NCBI GenBank assembly: GCA_002269645.1
Contig: NIVC01000392.1
Location: forward strand, 372,001 to 436,000
Direction: 5' to 3'
Source of the DNA: Macrostomum lignano
Lineage: Eukaryota
Length of the DNA stretch: 64,000 nucleotides
The position numbers and the translations under genes are program-made. Under the pieces are notes generated by a model. That model worked only from the letters and a program-made list of their open reading frames with translations, did no database searches and had not been told where the DNA came from. Every line of letters starts with the position of its first letter. Position 1 is the first letter of the stretch. This document shows, one piece after another, positions 49,492 through 61,008 of this stretch.

Positions 49492-50615
49492 GTGATTAGA
49501 CTGGTGACCTCACAATCTCATTGTGATTAGACTGGTGACCTCACAATCTCATTGAGATTAGACTGGTGACCTCACAATCTCATTGTGATTAGACTGGTGA
49601 CCTCGCAATCTCATTGTGATTAGACTGGTGACCTCAATCTCATTGTGATTAGACTGGTGACCTCAATCTCATTGTGATTAGACTGGTGACCTCAATCTCA
49701 TTGTGATTAGACTGGTGACCTCAATCTCATTGTGATTAGACTGGTGACCTCAATCTCATTGTGATTAGACTGGTGACCTCAATCTCATTGTGATTAGACT
49801 GGTGACCTCAATCTCATTGTGATTAGACTGGTGACCTCAATCTCATTGTGATTAGACTGGTGACCTCAATCTCATTGTGATTAGACTGGTGACCTCAATC
49901 TCATTGTGATTAGACTGGTGACCTCAATCTCATTGTGATTAGACTGGTGACCTCAATCTCATTGTGATTAGACTGGTGACCTCAATCTCATTGTGATTAG
50001 ACTGGTGACCTCAATCTCATTGTGATTAGACTGGTGACCTCAATCTCATTGTGATTAGACTGGTGACCTCACAATCTCATTGTGATTAGACTGGTGACCT
50101 CACAATCTCATTGTGATTAGACTGGTGACCTCACAATCTCATTGTGATTAGACTGGTGACCTCACAATCTCATTGTGATTAGACTGGTGACCTCACAATC
50201 TCATTGTGGTTAGACTGGTGACCTCACAATCTCATTGAGATCAGACTGGTGACCTCACAATCTCATTGAGATTAGACTGGTGACCTCACAATCTCATTGT
50301 GGTCAGACTGGTGACCTCACAATCTCATTGTGATTAGATTGGTGACCTCACAATCTCATTGGTATTAGACTGCTGACCTCACAATCTCATTGAGATTAGA
50401 CTGATGACCTCACAATCTCATTGAGATTAGACTGGTGACCTCACAATCTCATTGAGATCAGACTGGTGACCTCACAATCTCATTGAGATTAGACTGGTGA
50501 CCTCACAATCTCATTGAGATCAGACTGGTGACCTCACAATCTCATTGAGATTAGACTGGTGACCTCACAATCTCATTGAGATTAGACTGATGACCTCACA
50601 ATCTCATTGTGATGT
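49492..50615. repeat. 31/29-bp minisatellite
   Basis: TG(T/A)GATTAGACTGGTGACCTC(AC)AATCTCAT, about 37 units; central block lacks the AC. Confidence 0.96.
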
Positions 50616-50899
50616 GTAGTATGTGTAGTTGCCAGCAATTATGCAAACAGTTGTACGTACGCTTCAAGGACTACCCACTAGCAATCGGGCAAAATAAGCC
50701 GTTTCTTGAAAAAGCTAAAAAAATTGTTGGTAACCCGTAATGCTTTCGAGGCTTTAACAACAAATTAAGGCTTCATTACAGTTTGCCAAGCTCCCAGATA
50801 ATTTCGTACTTGCTATCTCGATCAGGATAATGAACTGACAACCCAAAAAATGTATTTTGCCATAAAGTCTGTAGCGGAACTCCTGAATCAGGCATCGAG

Positions 50900-51560
50900 T
50901 GCCTGAATTACCTGCCTCTTCAGTTTATTCCCCTCTAAGCCAGCAGCGACAATCCGCGTGTACAGAGCAGGCACACCTTCACCATTCCCTGCAACCCAGA
51001 AAGTAAGCTTTGCCACACAGCGATAAAGATGATGTAAGCCTCAGGGCTCAGGCTTACTGGACCTTACAATACGGCCGGTATCCGCCCCCAGCGTAGGTTT
51101 GCCTCATCGCCAGCTTCGTCGGCCGGCACCTCGATGGCGGCAGCTAAAATTAGGACGCAATGCGTTTTTAGAGATAGTAATGAGCTACCAAATGCGCAAT
51201 TGACTACTGAACTGATCGATGTCTCTCTCACATATCCAGGACGAGCATCGCGGCCACAAAGGCTTGCACTTGCTTGTAGTTCAGCATGACTGCTTTTGGG
51301 CTTGAGTTTGTTTGGCTTGCTAAGTGTGGAATGAATCGACTGAGCAGAAAGTAGTTTGACGAGTTGATAAGGGCAGGGAAGAGATGCTTCTGCAGAGCTC
51401 AGTTCACACCCATTCCCCTTCGAATCGATGGTGGCTTTCACCAGAGCAGACAGCCAAAGGCTTGTAAACTGGGGTGGACCATATTAAACAGCTAAAGCAG
51501 ATGGACGCCAGTCTTTTAGCAAACGATCCAACTCGCAAAGAAGCAAGTCTAGACTACTGT
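50900..51560 (-). mobile_element. Probable decayed Ty3/gypsy integrase fragment
   Basis: Minus-strand translation gives GPPQFTS (DNGPQFTS-like), then LVKLLSAQSIHSTL and RWGRIPAVL*GPVS resembling the integrase C-terminal region; interrupted; no LTRs seen. Confidence 0.4.
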
Positions 51561-51639
51561 CTTGTGTCTTGTCCTGTGTGTACTTGCAAGTTTATCAAGC
51601 TAGTTTTTTCATGTCACATACGAAATATAGATTCTTGCT

Positions 51640-52340
51640 TTAGTCAGTGCCCCAGACACTTAAGTCAGTGCTCCAGACACTGGAGTCAGTGCCCCAGATG
51701 CTATTTATTTAGTGCCCCAGACACTAGAGTCAGTGCCCCAGACACTTGAGTCAGTGCCCCAGACACTTGAGTCAGTGCCCCAGACACTTGAGTCAGTGCC
51801 CCAGACACTTTAGTCAGTGCCCCAGACACTTGAATCAGTGCCCCATATGCATTTTAGTCAGTGCCCCAGATGCATTTTAGTCAGTGCCCCAGATGCACTT
51901 TAGTCAGTGCCCCAGACACTTTAGTCAGTGCCTCAGACACTTTAGTCAGTGCCCCAGACACTTTAGTCAGTGTTCCAGACACTTGAATCAGTGCCCCAGA
52001 TGCATTTTAGTCAGTGCCCCAGATGCATTTTAGTCAGTGCCCCAGATGCACTTTAGTCAGTGCCCCAGACACTTGAGTCAGTGCCCCAGATGCATTTTAG
52101 TCAGTGCCTCAGACATTTGAGTCAGTGCCCCAGACACTTGAGTCAGTGCCCCAGACACTTGAGTCAGTGCCACAGACACTTGAGTCAGTGCCCCAGATGC
52201 ATTTTAGTCAGTGCCCCAGACACTTTAGTCAGTACCCCAGACACTTTAGTCAGTGCCCCAGACACTTTAGTCAGTGTCCCAGATGCACTTTAGTCAGTGC
52301 AAAAGACACATGAGTCTGTGCTCCGGACGCTTTAGTCAGT
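51640..52340. repeat. 21-bp minisatellite upstream of the sphingomyelinase gene
   Basis: About 33 copies of AGTCAGTGCCCCAGACACTT(T/G), with GATGCATTTT variants. Confidence 0.95.
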
Positions 52341-52766
52341 GAGCCTGGCATTCCAAGTTTCAATGTGGCGCTCCTTAAATTGCATGCAATCTCGATTAAT
52401 TAAGATGCACTTATTTCAATTAATTATTGTACAGCACTTTACCTGCTTGCATACCTGTACTTGTAAAATGTAACTTTGGCGCCAATGACCGTCCAATTTC
52501 TAAGAAAACTTCTCTCCACCGGTGCAAGTCTCAGAGAGTCCTACCTGTAGTGACACCAGTATTGTATCATGTATACCGATAAACTGCTAATGAAATTCTG
52601 CGCAGTTTCAAGCTTGCCAGCTACACTCTTATCGGCAAGAAATTTTGATAGCGTATGCTTTAAAAATTCTTCAAGTTGAAACCAGTTCGCTTTGCTCCGA
52701 CTGAGACAACTTTCACTTGGCTATAGCTGGAAGACTTTTGCTTTTGATTCGACAAATTTTAAAGGC

Positions 52767-55700
52767 ATGGCGACGAAAGCGTACCTTAACATCGTTTTGG
52801 TTGGTAGCATTTTACTGGCGGTGCTAATGAACGCCTCGGATGCCAGACCAGCCGCTTTCAATGCTCCATCGAACCACTATAATTGGCTATCTAGCAGTGG
52901 CAGACTGCAGGGACTTGAGTGCTCGCTGTGCAAAGACTTTGTAGCTCTGGTCAGAAAAGCCCTGGACTCCGGTGGTGAGGCCAGGATAAGCTTTTTTTAA
53001 CGAAAACTTTAAATTTTTCTCTGAGAACATTTAAATATTCCTTGAACATTGAGTTCTGAACTGTCTTCTTTGAGAACATCATTAAACATTCCTTGAACAT
53101 TGAGTTTTGAACTGTCTACTTGAGAACATCATTAAACATTCCTTTAACACCGTGTCCTGAACTGTCCTCTTTGAGAACATCATTAAACATTCCTTTAACA
53201 CCGTGTCCTGAACTGTCCTCTTTGAGAACATCATTAAACATTCCTTAAACATTGTGTTCTGAACTGTCTTCTTTGAGAACATCATTAAACATTCCTTTAA
53301 CACCGTGTCCTGAACTGTCCTCTTTGAGAACATCATTAAACATTCCTTGAACATTGAGTTTTGAATTGTCTTCTTTGAGAACATCATTAAACATTCCTTG
53401 AACATTGAGTTTTGAATTGTCTTCTTTGAGAACATCATTAAACATTCCTTGAACATTGAGTTTTGAATTGTCTTCTTTGAGAACATCATTAAACATTCCT
53501 TGAACATTGAGTTTTGAATTGTCTTCTTTGAGAACATCATGCATTCTCCAGACAGCAGCAACAAACATGTTTTGTCTTGAACATTGCAACTTTTGTTTAC
53601 ATTTGCAGAGTCAAGCTACGTCCCTGAAATAGCCAAACTAGTCTGCATCATTAAGTATAAGGAGGCTGCGCAAGTGTGCGACGGTGTTGTCACCCTGTGG
53701 CGGGTAAGGCAGTCTGTTTTGCTTTTTATTAGGTCTTTCAACACCTGGCTCAGTATGACCTTTTCATGGTAACATCTTCAAAAGCCAGTCATTTACTTAA
53801 CGCATTCCGTGCAGCCAATCTTCAAGTTCGCCATAGACAAGGTGTACCTATCGCCCGAGAATGTCTGCGGCCAGTATCTGGGCAGCGGCTGCTCAAACTC
53901 AACCATACCGGAGCTCAACTACTACTGGAATGTGACCCTGCCGAGTGTGCCTAAGCCGCCTGTGACACCCATTCAGCCACCGACTCCGGGGGCTCGACGA
54001 CTTCGAGTGGCTCACATTAGCGACGTGCACGTGGACATGCTGTACAAGGTTGGGGCCAGTGCCGACTGCGGGCTGCCGACTTGCTGCAGGGTCAGCGACG
54101 GAGATCCGAGTGAGAGCTGTTTGTGTTGGAGCTGTTCGGTAGTTTGTGTTGGAGCTGTTCTGTAGTTTGTGTTGGAGCTGTTCGGTAGTTTGTATTGGAG
54201 CTGTTCTGTAGTTTGTGTTGGAGCTGTTCTGTAGTTTGTATTGGAGCTTTACTGTAGTTTGTGTTGGAGCTGTTCGGTAGTTTGTGTTGGAGCTGTTCGG
54301 TAGTTTGTGTTGGAGCTGTTCGGTAGTTTGTGTTGGAGCTTTACTGTAGTTTGTGTTGGAGCTGTTCGGTAGTTTGTGTTAGAGCTGTTCGGTAGTTTGT
54401 GTTGGAGCTGTTCGGTAGTTTGTGTTGGAGCTGTTCGATAGTTTGTGTTGGAGCTGTCTGATAGTTTGTGTTGGAACTGTTCGGTACCTTGGGTTGGACC
54501 TGCTGAAATCAGAAAAGTACATTTAGCTTTAAAGTTATTACCATGGTAATTCCACGGTATTTCCATACTGTCTCAAATCGAATCACCCAGGCACGTCAAA
54601 GCGCAGAGCGGCTTACTGGGGTGACTACAACTGCGACCTTCCTTGGTGGTCCTTGGACCGAATCTTCAGCCAATTGAATCGCACAGAGAAGGTCTAGCAT
54701 GCAAAACTTTGTCTTTTAATGTTAACTAATGTTCTTCTAAGACACCTACCTGTCTAAAAGACGCGGCAAACTTCCTTTCTTAAGATAAACTTATTACTGA
54801 TGCAAATTTTCTCACCTACAATCCTGTCAGTTCGACGCCATCTATTTCACGGGCGACCTTCCCGACCATCACGTGTGGGAGCAGACTCGGGAGCAGCAGG
54901 TCGACATCTACCGGAATTTCACCGCCCTATTGCGCAAATATTTTCCCAACGTGGCGTTCGTTGCCGCGCTTGGCAACCATGAGAGCGTGCCGGTTAACAG
55001 GTGAGCTTATGGGATAATGAACATTGAATATTGGCCATATTGTATCGCCCAAAATTTAGCTCGCGTCCGCGTGCATGGCCGCTAACGTTTATACCGCTAA
55101 GCTGCTCTGCCCACGGTAATTTCAGCTTCCCTCCACGCTACATCAAGGGCAACGAGTCGATGGATTGGTACTATCCGGCGCTGTGGGAGTTCCTGTCGCC
55201 CTGGGTCCCGTCGGATCAGAAGGAAAATGTTCTGAAGTGAGTGCAAAGTGAACGCCAGCTGCCACAGCCAGCACCAGCAGAACAACCCTTCAGCAGCACC
55301 CACACAGTGCCCCCTACACAGTGCCCCCTACACAGTGCCCCCTACACAGTGCCCCCTACACAGTGCCCCCTACACAGTGCCCCCTACACAGTGCCCCCTA
55401 AGTGCCCCCTAAGTGCACAGTGCCCCCTACACAATGCCCACGCAGCGAAATTTGATAACACATCCAACACTGACTATTTCAGAGGTGGCTACTACACCCA
55501 ACTTCTGTACCCCGGCTTTCGAGTTGTGTCGCTAAATTTGAACTACGGCAACAATTTGAATTGGTGCGCTTTTTAACGGAATTAAAACTGATTGATTCGA
55601 TCAAAATCAGATTGCTCTAAAGTCAAGCATTTTTTTCATTCCATATTTAAATATGGTAAATAAGAAAATAACAATTTCCAGGTGGATACTACAGAACATC

Positions 55701-58039
55701 ACGGATCCAGACGATCAGCTTCAGTGGCTAATTAGCGTGCTCCAGCGAGCCGAGAGCAACGGTGAGAAGGTGCACATACTTGGCCACATACCGTCTTCCG
55801 AGTTGATTAAAGGATATTCGTGGAATTATATCAAAATTGCCGAAAGGTTTGTGACTAAATTTGTTCAGCAACTGGACATTATTCGATAGATAAGAGTTAA
55901 AAAAAGTCATATCGTCAAAGGTCAAGCCACAGAAGGTGTACATCCTGAAACCCACCCTAGCTACTAGTATTAAGACGACCTTCCGAGATCCAAAAATCGG
56001 CGAACTCGAACCCGGGAACCCTCTCGAGTCGGGTATGTTAACGAGAAGTAACTTTAGCATCTCCCGCCCCTCCAACAGATACGAGTCCACTATCACGGGT
56101 CACTTTTTTGGTCACACGCACCACGACGAACTCGGGGTGTACTTTGACCCGGCCAACACAACCAGAGCATTCGGCACTGCCTACATCGTTGGCAGTCTGA
56201 AAACTGACGACAATCCTAGCTACAGGGTTTACGAAGTGGACGGAGGCTATGCCAACGCCTCGTGGGTGAGTGCACTAATTAAGTATCGAACTATACATAT
56301 CGGCTAGCGCTCATTAGGCTTTAAAATACGTCATAAGAGATGTGAGCCTCTTTAGTTTTTTCTCAAAGTCCCATTGACATTAGAATGTCTTTTCAAAGTC
56401 TCGTTGATAATACCGCTAAACTATTGTCCTCAAAGTCCCATTGAGAACAAACTATTGTCCTCAAAGTCTCATTGAGAACAAACTATTGTCCTCAAAGTCC
56501 CATTGAGAACGAACTATTGTCCTCAAAGTCCCATTGAGAACAAACTATTGTCCTCAAAGTTCCATTGAGAACAGACTATTGTCCTCAAAGTCCCATTGAG
56601 AACAAACTATTGTCCTCAAAGTTCCATTGAGAACAGACTATTGTCCTCAAAGTCCCATTGAGAACAAACTATTGTCCTCAAAGTCCCATTGAGAACAGAC
56701 TATTGTCCTCAAAGTCCCATTGAGAACAAACTATTGTCCTCAAAGTCCCATTGAGAACAAACTATTGTCCTCAAAGTCTCATTGATAATATACTATATTG
56801 TCCTGAAAGCATCATCAATTGATAATCAAGCTAAAATCATTTTTCAGCAAGTGCTCGACTATTACAACTACATATTCAATCTGACCGACGCTAACAAAGC
56901 TGGCCAACAGCGCGATCCGACTTGGATTCTGGAGTATCAGCCTACTGTAAGTAGAAATGTCGAAAAATTGTCACAATAGTATAGGTTTTAGTAAGATTTT
57001 TAATCTATTTTATCACAGAAAGACTACGGTCTGAGATACGCGTTTCCTGCCGAGTGGGCGAAACTGATTGACAGATTTGAGCAGAGCGACGAATTATTTC
57101 AACTGTACATCAGGTCAGTTCTATTGAGACTGGTACCCTCAAAATCTTATTGAATTAGATTGTTGTCCTCAAGATCTCGTTGAGATTAGACTATTTTCCT
57201 CGAAATCTTATTGAGATTAGACTGGTTTACTCACAATTTCACTGAGATTAGATTCCATTTTGGAGGCCTCTAAATCTCATTGAGATTAGGCTGGTGTCCT
57301 CAAAATCTCATCGAGATTAGACTGGTGCCCTCAAAATCTCATTGAGATTAGACTGGTGTCTTCAAAATCTCATTGAGATTAGACTGGTGTCTTCAAAATC
57401 TCATTGAGATTAGACTGGTGTCTTGAAAATCTCATTGAGATTAGACTGGTGTCTTGAAAATCTCATTGAGATTAGACTGGTGTCTTGAAAATCTCATTGA
57501 GATTAGACTGGTGTCTTGAAAATCTCATTGAGATTAGACTGGTGTCTTGAAAATCTCATTGAGATTAGACTGGTGTCTTCAAAATCTCATTAAAACTAGG
57601 CTGGTTTCCTCAAAATCTCATTGAGATGAGGCTTGAGTCCTCACAATCTCATAGAGATTAGATGTTGGTCTCTAAATCTCATTGAGATTAGACTTGTCTC
57701 GTCAAAATATCATTGAGATTTATTTTGGTTTCCTCACAATGTCATTGAGATTAGACTAGTGTCCTTAAAATATCATTGAGATTAGACTGGTCTCATCAAA
57801 ATCTCATTAAGATTAGATTGGTTTCCTCACTATTTCATTGAGATTAGACTGGTCTCCTCAAGAGCATTCTGTATACACTGCATTCTGTCAAAAATGCTTC
57901 CTACGTCATCAACGCCCGCAGGTTCTATCACAAGTCGCACCTGCCCAGCTCTCAGCAACCGTGCACAGGTGACTGCAAGCGGCAGTTCATCTGTCGAATG
58001 CGGAACATGCGATCAGGGGACGACTCGATTCCGTGCTGA
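52767..58039 (+). CDS. SMPD1: Acid sphingomyelinase (SMPD1-like); exons 52767-52974, 53609-53703, 53815-54109, 54591-54691, 54831-55000, 55126-55236, 55483-55563, 55682-55846, 56079-56265, 56848-56946, 57019-57113, 57922-58039 (1725 nt, 574 aa)
   Basis: Signal peptide; saposin-B domain (CSLCK...C...VCDG...C); proline-rich linker; metallophosphoesterase ligands SDVHVD, TGD, GNHE, GHIP, GHTH; WGDYNCDLP; C-terminal Cys-rich tail. All junctions GT-AG and in phase. Confidence 0.95.
53030..53545. repeat. 51-bp minisatellite, sphingomyelinase intron 1
   Basis: About 10 copies of TTGAGAACATCATTAAACATTCCTTGAACATTGAGTTTTGAATTGTCTTCT, in two variant blocks. Confidence 0.95.
54115..54490. repeat. 23-bp minisatellite, sphingomyelinase intron 3
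   Basis: About 16 copies of GTAGTTTGTGTTGGAGCTGTTCG starting a few nt after the donor. Confidence 0.95.
55300..55440. repeat. 14-bp minisatellite, sphingomyelinase intron 6
   Basis: ACACAGTGCCCCCT units. Confidence 0.92.
56420..56800. repeat. 31-bp minisatellite, sphingomyelinase intron 9
   Basis: About 12 copies of CATTGAGAACAAACTATTGTCCTCAAAGTCC. Confidence 0.94.
57150..57865. repeat. 31-bp minisatellite, sphingomyelinase intron 11 (same family as 49492-50615)
   Basis: TGAGATTAGACTGGTGTCTTGAAAATCTCAT, homogeneous in the centre and degenerate at both edges. Confidence 0.94.
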
Positions 58040-58862
58040 TTCGGTGCATTTTGGGAACGTTAATTCAAATAAAATGAATCCTAAAACAAATTTAATATTT
58101 TTTCTTAATCCTAATCTTAAGTCTTCATCCTTAAATCAATAGCTGAAATATTAATTCTATTGCTATCTATCAATTATTCTAAATAAACTTTTGCTTATTT
58201 GCTTACAAACTTAATTACTAATTGCTAGGCTAATCGAATGGCGTTGGAATTTCTGTGCAGAGTCATTCTTCGAAATATAACGTATTAAAAATGAGCAATT
58301 CATAGTAGTTTTCGTGCGAATTTGAATATTGGTTCAAGTGCATCGCGGATAGTAATTTCAAATTGCAGACTCATTCGCCTGTGTAATTGTCAGAAGCTCG
58401 GTTTCTGAGCCGCAGATTCAAACCTACGAGGCTTTGCCTGGACAAATTAGGTCTTTGAGAGCGCGACATCGAGGAAATTTTACCTCCTAAGATCTTTGCG
58501 TAGGAAGCTGAGTGCAAACTCATCATGAAACAGTCAACTTTGATTAAATGCTCAGCTGCCGGCAGCGGATTTCATACTCTGCTTCTGCGATGCAGATAGC
58601 ATCCACCTTAAATGTTTGAGGGATCTGTCAATTTTGTCTTATGCCACATCAAGTAAATTGGGCTGGGCAAATAGACTGAACATGTAGCTGAGTAGTAGAA
58701 TGAGAAGGAGAAACTCGATACTTAGATTAGAATCCTGTGAACCGTCAGCTGCTCACACATTGTTCAATTTCATACAAATAAGATCTGTTTTTAACCCATA
58801 AATTCAGTAGAAGAGAGATTCTCTGCAAGATCATTGCCTAACAATTTTGGTGGCTCGAAGGC

Positions 58863-59567
58863 ATGAAAACAAAACAACTGCTTCGGCTGACCCTGGCTGC
58901 CGGGCTGGCGGCCCTCGCCTCCGGCGCCTGCGTCGCTCCGTTCATCGACAGGCTGGGCAGCTGCGTCTTCATCGGCGACAACCCCAGCGTTTCCAGCTGG
59001 TGCGACGCAGCCAGACTGTGCCTGGGCATCGGCGGAGAGCTGCTGATGGACCTGACTGCCATCCGAGCTGCCAATCACTGGATTGATGTTTATTTCATCG
59101 GAGTGACGGACCTCCTGGTTGAGGCGGGCAGGTCTCGCAGCGGCTGGAGATTCGCCAACGGCTCGCTGTTTCCGACTTTGGATGACAGCGACTGGAAGAC
59201 CGGCTTACCGAACAGCCTAACGGAAGACGATGACTTTGTAGCGGTCAGCAAAGCTGGCTTGCGAGACAGAGAAGCGAATTTGGACAAAAAATTCGTCTGC
59301 CAGCCGATCGCGACGCCGAACAGCGAGTACCTGGAGCGAGCGGAGTTCCTGAGGCTGGGCAACATCAGTCCTGTCTACTGCTACACTGACGCCTCGGTGA
59401 GCTCGGAGCTTCACTGCCTGTGGCTCTGCGTGCAGCGCTGGGAGTGCCGGGCCGTCCTGTTCAACCGGGCCAGCGGCGCCTGCCGCATGCTGGACTTCGC
59501 TGACTCGAGCGTCGGCGACGCCATCGAGACCGACCCGAGCTGGGCCAAGTTCGTCAAGAAGTATTAA
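58863..59567 (+). CDS. Secreted C-type-lectin-like + PAN/apple domain protein, copy A (234 aa, single exon)
   Basis: Signal peptide; CTLD features (SWCDAARLCLGIGGELL, YFIG, WRFANGS, DWxxGLPN, FVCQ); C-terminal apple-type Cys pattern (CYT...HCLWLCVQRWECRAVLF...C); two close paralogues nearby. Confidence 0.87.
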   Translation: MKTKQLLRLTLAAGLAALASGACVAPFIDRLGSCVFIGDNPSVSSWCDAARLCLGIGGELLMDLTAIRAANHWIDVYFIGVTDLLVEAGRSRSGWRFANGSLFPTLDDSDWKTGLPNSLTEDDDFVAVSKAGLRDREANLDKKFVCQPIATPNSEYLERAEFLRLGNISPVYCYTDASVSSELHCLWLCVQRWECRAVLFNRASGACRMLDFADSSVGDAIETDPSWAKFVKKY

Positions 59568-59620
59568 ATAATAGCGAGTGTAACTTCAACTGGACTTCAT
59601 TTGGCCTCGATCTGATTAAC

Positions 59621-59974
59621 GTCTTGGATGACTTAAAAGTCTTGGATGACTTAAAAGTCTTGGATGACTTAAAAGTCTTGGATGACTTAAAAGTCTTGGA
59701 TGACTTAAAAGTCTTGGATGACTTAAAAGTCTTGGATGACTTAAAAGTCTTGGATGACTTAAAAGTCTTGGATGACTTAAAAGTCTTGGATGACTTAAAA
59801 GTCTTGGATGACTTAAAAGTCTTGGATGACTTAAAAGTCTTGGATGACTTAAAAGTCTTGGATGACTTAAAAGTCTTGGATGACTTAAAAGTCTTGGATG
59901 ACTTAAAAGTCTTGGATGACTTAAAAGTCTTGGATGACTTAAAAGTCTTGGATGACTTAAAAGTCTTGGATGAC
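59621..59974. repeat. Perfect 18-bp tandem array
   Basis: About 19.7 identical copies of GTCTTGGATGACTTAAAA, starting 54 nt after the copy A stop codon. Confidence 0.98.
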
Positions 59975-60022
59975 ACTGATTAGAACTTTCAATTTAAAAA
60001 CATGACCAGACCAAAGTGCAGC

Positions 60023-60069
60023 CAAGGACAACTGAAGTCACGTTATATATACTACTTCAGTTGTCCTTG
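60023..60069. mobile_element. 47-bp TIR element with 8-bp TSD (minimal MITE, probably hAT-type)
   Basis: Perfect 16-bp TIRs CAAGGACAACTGAAGT and ACTTCAGTTGTCCTTG around a 15-nt spacer; direct repeat AGTGCAGC at 60015-60022 and 60070-60077. Confidence 0.8.
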
Positions 60070-61008
60070 AGTGCAGCCTATAATTATATGCTAATTTAGT
60101 TTCTCTAATTCTACCAGAAACTTGTTGATCATTGACATTAGAAGCGTATTCGAATGTTCGAGCTCTGAATCGCCGCGATCCATGCGGACTCTGAGCAACT
60201 GCAGGAGCTACCGGCAGCTCATCTCAGCCTGCAGTATCTCTAACAAAAGCCTCTCAATGTCTTTTACCATCGACTCTATCTCCTATTTTCCCACCTCAAA
60301 TACAACGACAGAGAGGATGTCAAGAAAAAAGCAAGCTTTCTCCTGACATGGAAGCTGGCAATGCAAGTATTGATTGATGCCGCGAGATAACATACAATGC
60401 CACACCTGTACTAATATCACCTGCGGCCTAAAAATTTTTCTCACAAAGCTGTTACAAAGAAAGGATGAGAAACAAGGAAAGCTCGTTAGGTTTTGGCAAA
60501 GCTAGTTAGTTATGTTTTGAGAAGTCTCTCATGGCGACAGGTGCGCTTGTTCAGACGCATGGTATACGCATGCTGAAAACTAGAGAAAAGACAGTAAAAA
60601 ACGTATCCAAAAGCAGTCTGTTTCGCTGTTTCGTAGAAGAGATGGAAAACGGAAAAAAGACCGAAAACTTAAGGAATATAACAAATAGCTGAACTTTTAA
60701 CATCAGTTTGGCAAGTTAGATGCTCGTTAGGATAGTCGGCTTTGTAAATATACTATTTGCTATCTGTGTTTCACTGCCTGCATCTAGCTCGTACTATGCA
60801 TACTAAAAGTTACTACCTAAAAACCATGGATAGCCAAGAATTCATTCATATAAAAAAACCAAGCAGCAGTCGTCATAAGACCAATCCTTTAGGGGCATCA
60901 AAATTTTATGGAATTGCCTGAACTTTGTAGCATTTGCGATTACGAAAAGCTTGTAGTATAGTCTATATAATATTACACACAGCACAAGCAGAGGAGTTTC
61001 TCAATTAG

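Noticed and set aside
59082-59291. Diversity-generating retroelement-style mutagenesis of the lectin genes
   Set aside because: Differences among copies involve G and C positions as well as A, and there is no adjacent template repeat or intact RT; the pattern is not adenine-specific.
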